From Octopus bimaculoides (lineage: Eukaryota): a stretch of 45,106 bases of DNA. Of this stretch, positions 12,243 through 22,961 are shown piece by piece. Position numbers and translations under genes: made by a program. The stretch spans positions 57,777,904 through 57,823,009 of the forward strand of contig NC_068987.1 in NCBI RefSeq assembly GCF_001194135.2, given 5' to 3'. Every line of letters begins with the position of its first letter. Position 1 is the stretch's first letter. Below the pieces are notes generated by a model. That model saw only the letters and a program-made list of their open reading frames with translations, had not been told where the DNA came from and did not search any database.

Positions 12243-13033
12243 AATTATATATATATATATATAAGGATATATTGTTTTCAATAATATCAAGTGGTATAGC
12301 ATGCGTAAGAAACCATAAAGATAAAAATTATTAATTAGTAATGGGGGAGTCCTACAGGCAGCACCAGCATGCTAAAATAGCAGTAAAAAACGACTCAGAA
12401 CCACAAATTTTCACTAATACACATTGATGAAATCGGGGTAATGAGCAGAAATCCTGCTGAGGGGGAATGAGTAGAAGTCCTGCTAAAATCGAGGGGAATG
12501 AACATAAATTCTGTTTATTCTCCCTATTTCATCAATGGCTATCAGTGAAAATTTGTGATTTTGAGTCATTTTGACTGCTATTTTAGCAGCTGCTACTACC
12601 TATACCACTCTTCAATATTAATTAATAATTTTTAACTTTATGGTTTTTAAGCCTGCTATGCCACTTGATATTATTGTAAACAATAATATTCTTATATATT
12701 TTTGTAATTTATAATGCTGTTCAATCACCTTTTTAAATTTGCTGCAGCATTAAAAACGATCATCGCACATATTGGTTGAAATGTGTAATCTCCTCGATCG
12801 TGAGTCAGTAAGACTCGCTGAGGAGAACTAAGTGATATCTTCACAAAGTTTGAAATCGCTGCGATACAGGCATGTCGGCATTTTCAATTTACGATTCTTT
12901 TCTTCATTAGTACGGGTTCTTAGGATTTCTGCTCATTCCCCCGATTTAATCAATGTGTATACGTGAAAATTTGTGGTTTTGAGTCGTTTTTGATTGGTAT
13001 TATAGCCTGCTGGTGCTACCCGTATCACACTCC

Positions 13034-13037
<4 letters not shown>
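12243..13037 (+). mobile_element. Non-coding element with an inverted 5' arm and a partial tandem repeat, in (TA)n context; candidate Penelope pseudo-LTR or retrozyme
   Basis: 12243-12452 is the reverse complement of 12507-12709. 12922-13037 is a direct repeat of 12507-12620 (period about 418 nt). TA runs flank both ends and a hammerhead motif lies inside. Confidence 0.6.
12812..12876 (+). ncRNA. Type I hammerhead ribozyme motif, apparently decayed at two CpG positions
   Basis: CTGAGGA 12818-12824; stem II gaact/agttt extended by gtga/tcac; GAAA 12852-12855; stem III atcgc-t-gcgat; AUA cleavage triplet ending at 12866; weak stem I ctcg/cagg. Confidence 0.6.

Positions 13038-13070
<33 letters not shown>
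13037..13070. repeat. (TA)n microsatellite
   Basis: Direct reading. Confidence 0.95.
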
Positions 13071-13074
<4 letters not shown>

Positions 13075-13496
13075 TTTTACTCTTTTATTCTTTTATTTGT
13101 TTCAGCCATTTGACTGCGGCCATGCTGGAGCACCGACTTCAGTTTAGACGAAAAATCGACCCCAGGACTTATTCTCTATAACCCTAGCACTTATGTACTT
13201 ATTCTATTGGTCTCTTTTGCAGATCCGCTACGTTACGGAGCAGTGAGCACACAAACATCGGTTATCAAGCGATGTCGGGTGGACAAACACACACACATAT
13301 GTAAACGTTTATATATATATATATATATATACGACGGGTTTCTTTCAGTTTCCGTCTACTAAATCCACTCACCAGGCTTTGGTCGGCCCAAGGCTATAGT
13401 AGTAGAAGACACTCGCCGAAGATGCTAGGCAGCGGGACTGAGCCCGGAACCATGTAGTTGATAAGCAAGCTACTTACCACACAGCCACTCCTGCGC
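13071..13496 (-). mobile_element. Full-length CORE-type tRNA SINE with an internal (CA)/(TA) tract
   Basis: The minus strand reads gcgcaggagtggctgtgtggtaagtagcttgc...ggttccgggctcagtccc, then a CORE-like segment, and ends ccagcatggccgcagtcaaatggctgaaacaaataaaaga. Confidence 0.88.
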
Positions 13497-13620
13497 TTCT
13501 AAAAATATTTTCCGAATTTGTGTAAATGTGTATAGTATAATATATCAGTTGAATAAACTTATATCATGGTCTGATTTTCAACAAGGTGTGGTATGAATAC
13601 ATATGTATTTATATGTATGC

Positions 13621-13633
13621 ACATATGTATACG

Positions 13634-13676
<43 letters not shown>

Positions 13677-13677
13677 A
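13621..13677. repeat. (TA)n(TG)n compound microsatellite
   Basis: Direct reading. Confidence 0.95.
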
Positions 13678-14068
13678 TTTGCATTATGTGTGTGGATGTA
13701 TGTAGGGAGAATTAATAACTTCCACTATGTACACTAGATATGCCGATGACATATGACATATTCAGATTTCTTATGCATATGCCACATAAACAAAGTGACA
13801 TTTAAAGACCTTGAAAATAACTATTCGTAAATTGACGATACACCACAGCTCTCACAGATATGAATACCTTATTCTTAAAGGTAAACTTTGCAAAAAGAAA
13901 CAACCTACATGGCACACGAAAAGTTACTAACAAATGCTTATATATGAACAGTTATTCTGTGCATCTACATAGATACAAAATATCAGTAGTTAATTTTTTT
14001 TCTGATGTTTAAATTTTTATCCTCTCATGAATGCTTAAATATTGGTTTGAGTGTACAACTTGTACATA

Positions 14069-14416
14069 TTTTATCGATCCTGAAAGGATAAAAAGCAAAG
14101 ACGATACCGGCGCCATTCAAACTCAGAACATACAAAGGACAAAATGCTGCTAAGAATTTTTCCCGGTGTGCTAACGATTCTGCCAGCTTACCGCCTTACT
14201 AATGGTTCCAAATTTTGACACAAGGCCAGCAAATGCAGTGGAGGGAGTAAGTAGATTACATCAACCCAGTAATTAATTAGTATCTATTTTACCAACCTGG
14301 AAAAGATGAAAAGCAAAGTCGACCTCAGAGAAATTTGAACTCAGAACATAAAGCCGGATGAAAAGCTGCTAAGCATTTTGACCGACGTGCTAACATTTCT
14401 GCCAGCTCACCGCCTT
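14069..14416 (-). mobile_element. Two tandem SINE family A copies (14069-14198 partial, 14204-14416 full)
   Basis: Both end in ctgccagct(c/t)accgcctt and share the central domain. Confidence 0.85.
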
Positions 14417-14814
14417 CATGAAAGTTTAAATATTGATATCTTACACATACAGCTTATATTTGTTAATAATGGATATTTTAATATATTATTAGACAAGGCC
14501 CAACAACAATATTAAGACAAATTCACTCACACTCATTGAGCAGATACGGATACAAATTTCACATATCTTATCCTATAAGAAGTAGACGCGTTCTTGTTAT
14601 AAAATGAATGTGTTTGTCTATGATACACGAGTAAACAGAAAACAGCCTGTACCACACTTAACCACAAACATTTAATTCGAATATTGCTGTATGGACGAGG
14701 CAATCGACCATAATGTACCTCCTTGCGTTGTTGTAACTTTCAAATGATGTCACTTCACAGGCTAGGTGGGCAGGCCAACATTACCCTTGGGCGTAATGCC
14801 ATTTCGTCACAGAG

Positions 14815-14952
14815 TTACTAATTTATAGCTGGGTGGATTGGAGCAACTGGAAATGAAAAGTTTTATTCAAAAACACAAGGCACTTCTCGGTCCGAGAATC
14901 GAAACCGCGATCTTGCATGCAACATCCTAACCACTAAACCAGACGCCTTCAC
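14815..14952 (-). mobile_element. CORE-type tRNA SINE, 5' part
   Basis: The minus strand reads gtgaaggcgtctggtttagtggttaggatgttgc...cggtttcgattctcggacc...gttgctccaatccacccagc. Confidence 0.7.
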
Positions 14953-14966
14953 AGTCATATTATACT

Positions 14967-15170
14967 GGTCTCAGATTTTGGCACAAGGCCAGCAATTTCA
15001 GGATAAGTTCATTATACCAACTCCTGTACTCAAATGGTACTTATCTTATCGATCCCAAAACGAGGAAAGGCAAAGTCAACCTCGGCGGCATTTGAACTCA
15101 GAACGTAAAGACGGACGAAATTTCAGTAAAGCATTTTGCCCGGCATGCTAACAACTCTAGTTCACCGCCT
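14967..15170 (-). mobile_element. SINE family A, full length
   Basis: Colinear with the other family A copies. Confidence 0.88.
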
Positions 15171-16384
15171 CACAGTCAGAATATATTACTTTATCAACAC
15201 AATGAAAAATCTCCTCAGTAACATAAAATAACAAACTAAGAAATCAGAGAAGATACTTCAGACAGCCAATGTAATATAAACGTTTAACTATAAGCGAACA
15301 ATTGTAAAATTTATGATTTCAAGTATTATGTCTGATACACGATTATGGCAATTACTCGTAGGGTGATGATGGATTTATAATAAGGAATCACTGCAGCTCA
15401 TTATAAAACACGAAATAAAACCGAAGAAAAGAAACACTAATTAACACTTTTCTATTGGATTGTGCTAGAATGAGAAATAAATCTATGGACAATTCACATA
15501 TGGCGTTCAATACTGAATTAAGCACAGATTTATAGCACCCAGAAAAATTCATTATATTTCACCGTCTCTATTTCGTAGTTTGCATAACACCTTTCAGCTT
15601 GGTCAAAGTTTTAATAAAACTAATTCATTATATGTGGATTTTGCATATATAATTGATTAATTATAGATTCGTAATATAATTGTTATGAGTACAGTCTAGG
15701 CATGTTCAACAAACGCTGAAATTCAAATTTTAAACAGTCGTAAATTATAATCTAGTATTAGAACATTTTCGTTTTATAAGTTATTTAGATGCAAGCCAAA
15801 ACGTTAATGTGATGATATAAAAAAACATATTCACTGATGCATATATACGAGAAGATTGAAGGAAAGAAGTCATAGAAATTATTAATGGCAAAGTAATGAT
15901 GTATTAGTTTACAAAGTCTGTAAGTGAGAGCCAAAATAAGCTCCGGCTGTCTTGATATTCTGTATATTTCGATTATATTTCACCCATTCCACGCTTTTCA
16001 CTGTGGTATACATCAAAGCTACAATAATTTACTTTTCGTTGTAACGAACAAACATCATCAAGTACTGGGGCGAGTATAGTTATTTATATATCATTTACTC
16101 GGTCATTCACTGGCATAGATGCAAATCACACGCTAAAAATATTAGGTGTAAATGTAAGATTCTTTAAATGATCATCTTGTGTTTTGGTATGATTCGTTAT
16201 ATACATCATTCTATTATTAAGAGAAAATCAATTAACATTGAATCATCTACCTTTTCGCTGAAATTAAATCAAGAAAAACTTGTCTTAAATCCAATTGAAT
16301 TCTTAGAGGAGAAATTGTTGAAATGTTGCTTAATAAAGACAGGTAGTCACCGGAAATTTTTGTATCAGTTTGTAGTTTAACCAA

Positions 16385-16515
<131 letters not shown>

Positions 16516-16608
16516 ACATCTTATTGTTTCAGTCGGTAAGCTGTAGTCATGCTGGGGCTCTGCCATTGCTACTAATATATCTTTACTACCCCTACACATT
16601 TAGTTGGA

Positions 16609-16725
16609 ATTTGGTAAGTGGGAGCGTTCAAATTTGCTGTCTCCACTTGTCTCTTGCCACTTAACAGAGATAAGATCTTTGGCGATATGCAATCCACCGT
16701 GTTCGGGGATTAGTTTAGCATTCAA
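16609..16725 (-). repeat. Left arm of a diverged inverted repeat paired with 17489-17705
   Basis: Two blocks align at 47/57 and 48/60 nt, counted by eye. Confidence 0.85.
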
Positions 16726-17040
16726 TGACAAAGTTTGGCTTAGGTCATTTTGTGATCTTCCGGGCATATACTACAGCATACATTTCTCGTCTTCACTGTA
16801 CAAAAAACAAGCTTATCTTTTTTCCGTCTTTTCCAGTAGCTGATCTTTTGAATTGAAGCAGTGTCTTTCGTGTAGCCGTTGAGTTTACACTATGAGTTGA
16901 CCGATTTTAAAAGCAATAATTCAGACTGAGGACAAATGCCCACCACAGGAACATTATGGTTAACTGCCCTCTTGTGAAAGTTTTTAAGATCTATTCAGCC
17001 AATACTATATAATTCACGGCCATCTTACTGATGTGTGTGA

Positions 17041-17042
<2 letters not shown>

Positions 17043-17114
<72 letters not shown>
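17043..17114. repeat. (TA)n microsatellite
   Basis: Direct reading. Confidence 0.97.
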
Positions 17115-17116
<2 letters not shown>

Positions 17117-17330
17117 TATTTTACTTGTTTCAGTCATTTGACTGCGACCATCCTGGAGCAACCACCTTTAGTCGAGCAAATCGACCCCAGGGCTTATTCT
17201 TTGTAAGCCTAGTACTTATTCTATCGGTCTCTTTTGCCGAACCGCTATGTTACGGGGACGTAAGCACACCAGCATCAGTTGTCAAACAATGTTGGGGGCG
17301 GGGCCTATCACAGACACACAAACATACAAA
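17117..17330 (-). mobile_element. 3' half of the CORE-type SINE seen at 13071-13496
   Basis: ttttacttgtttcagtcatttgactgcgaccatcctggagcacc...gccgaaccgctatgttacggggacg matches 13080-13290. Confidence 0.88.
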
Positions 17331-17488
17331 CACACACACACACACATACACACACACACACATATATATATATNNNNNNNNNNACATATATACACACGCA
17401 TATATATATACATACATACATATGCATATATATGCATATATATGCATACATATATACATACATATACATACATATATATATACATATA

Positions 17489-17705
17489 TTGAATGCTAAA
17501 GTAATCCTCGAACATGGTAGATTGTACAGTGTCAAAGATCTCATCCTTGCAATCCAGTTTACGATTCAAAGGCCCACAGCTTTTCACTCAGTGGCTTGAG
17601 AGACCTACAGTGTGCAGATGCATATATCCTCTACGGTCTAGAATTCCTGTTAAGTGGCGAGAATCAACTGGATACAGCAAATTCAAACGCCCGCATTCAC
17701 CAAAT
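17489..17705 (+). repeat. Right arm of the inverted repeat, with about 90 extra nt missing from the left arm
   Basis: ttgaatgctaaagtaatcctcgaacatgg... and ...ctgttaagtggcgagaatcaactggatacagcaaattc match the reverse complement of 16609-16725. Confidence 0.85.
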
Positions 17706-17765
17706 ATATAAAATAATTGATTCGTATACATCTCTAATCGTTTTTCAACCTATATATATATATAT

Positions 17766-17767
<2 letters not shown>

Positions 17768-17848
<81 letters not shown>
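17768..17848. repeat. (GA)n microsatellite
   Basis: Direct reading. Confidence 0.97.
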
Positions 17849-17850
<2 letters not shown>

Positions 17851-18251
17851 AGTGGCAATCTGTATATCCCACTTAACGTGAGGATGTATTATGAGAGTGC
17901 CATGATACTGTAGAGTTCGTCCTGATTCTGATATGCCTCTCGTATAGACGTCTAGTGTATAAAAGTGTTATTTTAAAAAATAGCATTTTTAGTTTATCAA
18001 GGTAAAAAAAAATAAGATCTGCAATACAATCTTCAAGACATTTTAACGCAAAATTTTGGCTTGATAATTTTATACATTAACTATGGAATTTTTGAAAGTA
18101 ATAAAAGTTTCGACATATTCATATTAAGCGTTACTAGAAGGAGATTTGTGGTACTGTAAATCGTCGAGAAAAGTCTGAAATTTGGTCAATTACAGGAATA
18201 TATCAAGTCTTGACAAATTGTGTGTAATAGCATATTTTGAGGTCAATATTC

Positions 18252-18612
18252 TTTTCTATTCTAGGGTCAAGGCCCGAAATTTTTGGGGGAGGGGCCAGTC
18301 GATTGGATTGATCCCAGTACGCAACTGGTACTTAATTTATCGACCCCGAAAGGAGGTCGATATTAAGGACATCATCTTTTTGGATTATCCTATGACTTTA
18401 AGGCAACTTTTGTAGAATCGTTAGCTTGACAGATAAAATGGTTAGTGGCATATTTTCTGACTCTTTATGATCTGAATTCAAATACCACCAAGGTCAACTT
18501 ATTTTTCATCCTTTCGTGGTCGTAAAATAAAGTACCAGTCAGGTATTTTGGTCGATGTAATCGACTAACGCTTCCTTCAAATTTACTAACCTTATGTCAA
18601 AATTAGGAAGAA
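18252..18612. mobile_element. Inverted pair of SINE family A copies (minus 18252-18353 partial, plus about 18410-18612)
   Basis: ctggtacttaatttatcgaccccgaaagg on one side and cctttcgtggtcgtaaaataaagtaccag on the other. Confidence 0.8.
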
Positions 18613-19110
18613 TTATGACATGATCTGTAAAGTAATTTTATTTTAAGAAACATCATTTAATACTAACGAAGCACAAGATATATTCATCCATATATCTTAT
18701 ATTAGAGAAATCAGAGGGTGAAACAAGCGAAGTTGTTGAAGAATCTTTAAAGGGCAAACTGAAGGTAGAGGTTATTTTAGATTTGGAGTTTATGCTAAAT
18801 AATATGAGTGTATACACAATATACAAGAATACATTGGAGTTTAGAAGATTTTTGGCAGTTTCTATAGCAACTAGGAGTATATTATTCGTCCATATATATA
18901 AAATGCCTCGTTTCAATTTTTATCTAACGTTATTTGGGTAATCACTACTACCACTTTATATTTAAACTGTTCGCGGTTTCGTTCAGAACAATAACGTCAG
19001 GTAGAACTGCACATAGAATAATGCTCAAAGTTATACACACCCACACGTGTGTGTATGTGTGTGTGTATGTATGTATGCATTTTTGTAAGCATGCATGTAT
19101 GTGTGTATTT

Positions 19111-19149
<39 letters not shown>

Positions 19150-20359
19150 ATTAGAAAGTGAATGATAGCAATTAAATAATTATGAATATACAAAACTAAA
19201 ATGAAATCTTACAAATATGACCTTATTAAATTTACATGCAAAAAAAACCAAATTAAATGATTGTCTGATTTTCTGCGAAACTGATTTTGTTAAGCTTGAT
19301 AGCTTAACTCACTTACTCGAAAAAAATGATACACATATAACATGCGTGGGTACATGACGTAATAATCTTTACTGAAGAATGAGAATTTTATTTATGATAT
19401 GCAGTTATTGACACAAATTTAACAAGTTAACGTGATTTTTCTATATTCAGCATTAAATACCAACTTCTTATTTAAAATAATATAGCAATGATGCAACGTG
19501 AATAATATTGATATGTTACGAAGAGGAAAATGTATGGTACATGAAGCACAGAACATATAAAATAATATAACTTAGCAAGATTAGTTATATATAAAGTTTC
19601 TGTAAAAAACACTGTGCGCCATTTTTTTCGCGTAAACGAGTTAATCAAATTACAATTGGCAATAGCTGATATGTTATCGAGTTGAAAATGTATTTTATTT
19701 AAGTATCAGACTGTCTGACGAGGGTGACTAAGCTCTAAAATTTAATATGTGCTCTACTGAAAAGTGATCTCTCATTCAGTAATTTTTCAGTTAATGTTAA
19801 ATTGTTTTTATATATAACTTCAAATGAAAATTCGTATACATACATATACATATATGTATATACACATGCACTCTAAAAAAAAATCTAATAAGCCAGTCTG
19901 TTTCAATAACAGCTTAATACAAATTACAATTTATTGGGGCTGGAAAATAAGTTACTGATAAAGCAATTCTATTGTTAGATGTAAACATTATGAATGACAC
20001 AATAATGCTGTTATAATCATTTTCTGCGCCTTAAAGAACCGTCTATTTTCCACAGTAGTTTCTGAATAAATATTGCCTAATGATTGTCTTTTCTTGAATT
20101 TCAAACTAAAATCAACTTCTTTCACAATCTACTTGAGTACTAAAATGTGTTAATAAATATTTATTTATCAGTCTGGTGTTTTTATGCCTTTTTCTCAAGT
20201 TGAATTTCTCCTACATATAATATATACAAAACTAGAATATTTCTACATCATCTACACATAGAAATGTCTTCCATTATATTTTATCATTTTCTTTCTTTTT
20301 GACGTTTATCTAGCAGGTAGCTAGCAGATTATTTATATCCAGTATGATGTACCCATAAC

Positions 20360-20383
20360 ATACACGCACGCGCACGCACGCAC

Positions 20384-20423
<40 letters not shown>

Positions 20424-20456
20424 ACACACAAACACACACACACACACACACACACA
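20360..20456. repeat. (CA)n tract with a CG-containing start
   Basis: Direct reading. Confidence 0.95.
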
Positions 20457-21267
20457 TCAATATTTCCCAGTTATTTTCCAAACTTGTAAGTTTTAAGTGC
20501 TCATAAGTTAATTCCTCATGAATTCACTTAGCTTTTGAAGTGCAGTACGAAGCACAAATGATGCTCTAGATTTCCAAATCATGTAGAATACAAACTAGGC
20601 CCAATATTCTTCTCAGATATTTACTATAAGCTTTCAAAAATAGCGTGCACAAGTCTGAAATTCTTTATTATGAAACAATAATTCTTTATTAACATCAAAT
20701 GAGCTTCTCATATTTGAGCTTTTCTAGCTATTCTGTGTAGTGTGCTTTGCTTTTTTAGGCTCATGCCCAATCAATGAAATTAGTCAGGTATTTTTCCACT
20801 TCTAACAGTCCCTAAGAGCTTTTACCTGGTGTTCTAAACTACCCATTCCAAATCACATACTGGAGCTATACCATCGATCTGTTGGTATAGCTCTCTATAA
20901 AGGGGTTATTAGATTACAATCCCAAAGATCGAAATGCTGTCATCATCGTTTTCTTATTATAAAAGTCGATGGCAAATTTTTCAGATGATTTATGGCATAG
21001 ATTCTTCAGAAGACATTCTTTAACTCTATATCGGAAACAAAGCAATTCACAGAAACTTTCCTTTCATTTGAAGGACAAGATTGTGCAGTTTCACAGCGAG
21101 AAAGCAGGAAAGCATCATGCTTTTGAACTTAGTCAAGTTAGGAATCTAATACTAAAACTCATGCGTTTTGTCATATCATAAATTCTAACACTGAATAAGA
21201 TAGGGGAAAAACTGTTTAAAAGCATATTACTGCAATTTGGTGTTGTTTACCTAAATTCCATTATTAC

Positions 21268-21831
21268 TATTGTATAGTGAAATTGTATGCCCCTCCTGGT
21301 AAAAAGCGGTTGGAGAGACCATTATAAATGAACCAGTAACCGATGGTCAAGGGAGATTTGATAGTCGAAGAGTTGAGCGTCGACAGTTCTAGTTGGTGTC
21401 TTGTGGAATTATCAGTGGTAGTAAGACAGAAGAATTAAGGCGGCGAGCTGGCAAAACCGTTAGCATGCCGGGCGAAATACTTAGCGATATTTCGTCTGCC
21501 TTTACGTTCTGAGTTTAAATTCCGCCGAGGTCGACTTAACCTTTCATTCTTTCGGGGTTGATAAATTAAGTACCAGTTACGCACTGGGGTCGATGTAATC
21601 GACTTAATTCCTTTGTCTGTCTTGTTTGTCCCTCCTATGTTTAACCCCTTGTGGGCAATAAAGAAATAATTAAGAAATAAGACAGAAGAAGCAGGTGTAT
21701 TACTGTTCTGGTCGGAAGAGATATAACGGTATCTGATGACTAGTAACTATTGTGTCTATTAGCGCAAAACAGCAACTACAGTACAATGGCAGTCACACAT
21801 CACACCCGTGGGAGGAACCCACTCTACAACA
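21268..21831 (+). repeat. 5' LTR, interrupted by a SINE
   Basis: Starts t(a)ttgtatagtgaaa and ends ctacaaca; its last 92 nt match the 3' LTR at 78/92, counted by eye. Confidence 0.85.
21435..21677 (+). mobile_element. Near-consensus SINE family A copy inserted in the 5' LTR
   Basis: 13-bp TSD taagacagaagaa at 21422-21434 and 21678-21690; the SINE is absent from the 3' LTR. Confidence 0.95.
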
Positions 21832-21832
21832 G

Positions 21833-21843
21833 TGGCGACGAGG
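21833..21843 (+). promoter_or_regulatory. Primer binding site TGGCGACGAGG, complementary to the 3' end of tRNA-Ser(GCU)
   Basis: Lies 1 nt after the LTR-terminal CA. The reverse complement CCTCGTCGCCA is the known 3' end of metazoan tRNA-Ser(GCU). Confidence 0.85.
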
Positions 21844-21976
21844 AAAAAACAAATTTACGCGGCGTGAAAAAGAAGACATTCCCACAGAGAGTTTAAACTA
21901 ATTCGGTAGAAAATTAAATAACTCGACAAAAAAGGAACAAAAATCTTGTTGTGCAAACTTACAAAAATCGTAAAAT

Positions 21977-22915
21977 ATGGAAGACTTGTTAGCGGGGGGA
22001 GGTGAGTTGCAAAAGCAGTAACAATAACAACTCAAAGAACAACGAGAACAACAACAGATTGCAGCAGTGAATGTTACAACTATTGAAGTTGATAACCAAA
22101 CCGGAGAATAATTTTTCGCCTGACCACGTAGCAAATTCCATTAGTGAATTCAAATATGACCCCGGAGAAGGAGTAAGCTTCATGGCTTACTTTCGAAGAT
22201 TTAAGCAAATTTTTGAAAAAGAATGTCAGGATTGGACGGGCGAAATGAAAACGCGTCTAGTTTTAAGAAAACTAGCGAGAGAATAGCATTAAAAGTATAG
22301 TAAATTCATATTACCAAAATCAAGAAAAAAACACAAAAGAAAATGTGTTTGACATAAATTTCATCGACGCAGTTGACATTTTGTGAAAAATGTTAGGTGA
22401 AAAGAGCTGATTGTTTACTACTAGATGGAAATGTTTAAACATAGAAGAGAACGAAGATGGAAACTTCACCTCCTACATAGATAGAGTCAACAAAGAATGT
22501 GAGAGATATAGGCTGGATATGCCTACTCCAGATTCTTTCAAGTGTGTGAATTTTGCACAAGGATTGACAGATAAAAGGGATGCAGAAATCCGAAAGAAAA
22601 TTCTAGCAAAATTGGAAATGAAGCAGGATTTTATATTGCAGGATTATAATTAAGATTTTATATTGCAGAAACTGTAGGAAGCGTGTGACATGATATTAAA
22701 ATTAAGGCATGACACGGAAGAAATTCAATAGAAAGTGTGTTTTCACATAAGACCAGTGCAAAAAGACAAATAAAGTGTTGCAGGAAAAACAGAAAAAATA
22801 TCGGGATGTAGACCCATGTATAGCATGTGATGCGATGCACTTCAAAAAAGACTGTCCCTATAAAAAAGCAAAGTGTTTTGACTGCGGGTTTACAGGACAT
22901 ATAAAACCGCACTGA
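21977..22915 (+). pseudogene. gag: Gypsy gag remnant
   Basis: NSISEFKYDPGEGVSFMAYFRRFKQIFEKEC and CIACDAMHFKKDCPYKKAKCFDCGFTGHIKPH* (CX2CX3HX4C followed by a broken CX2CX4HX4C, 22817-22915). Confidence 0.88.
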
Positions 22916-22961
22916 AAAACTAGAATGATAGGAAAACGGAACAAACAAGAAAAAATAAAGT

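Noticed and set aside
18706-18764. Possible 59-nt host exon (EKSEGETSEVVEESLKGKLK) with AG/GT ends
   Set aside because: The splice signals are weak, I recognise no protein and there are no supporting neighbouring exons; RNA-seq would be needed.
19710-19760. Other CTGANGA hammerhead-like cores (19718, 16926, 21734, 39306, 44599, and TTGAAGA near 33140)
   Set aside because: Each lacks GAAA after a closed stem II, or lacks stem I or III pairing.
20759-20787. Possible 29-nt microexon with a good pyrimidine tract and CAG/gtattt donor
   Set aside because: Such motifs arise by chance in 45 kb of AT-rich DNA and the peptide is uninformative.
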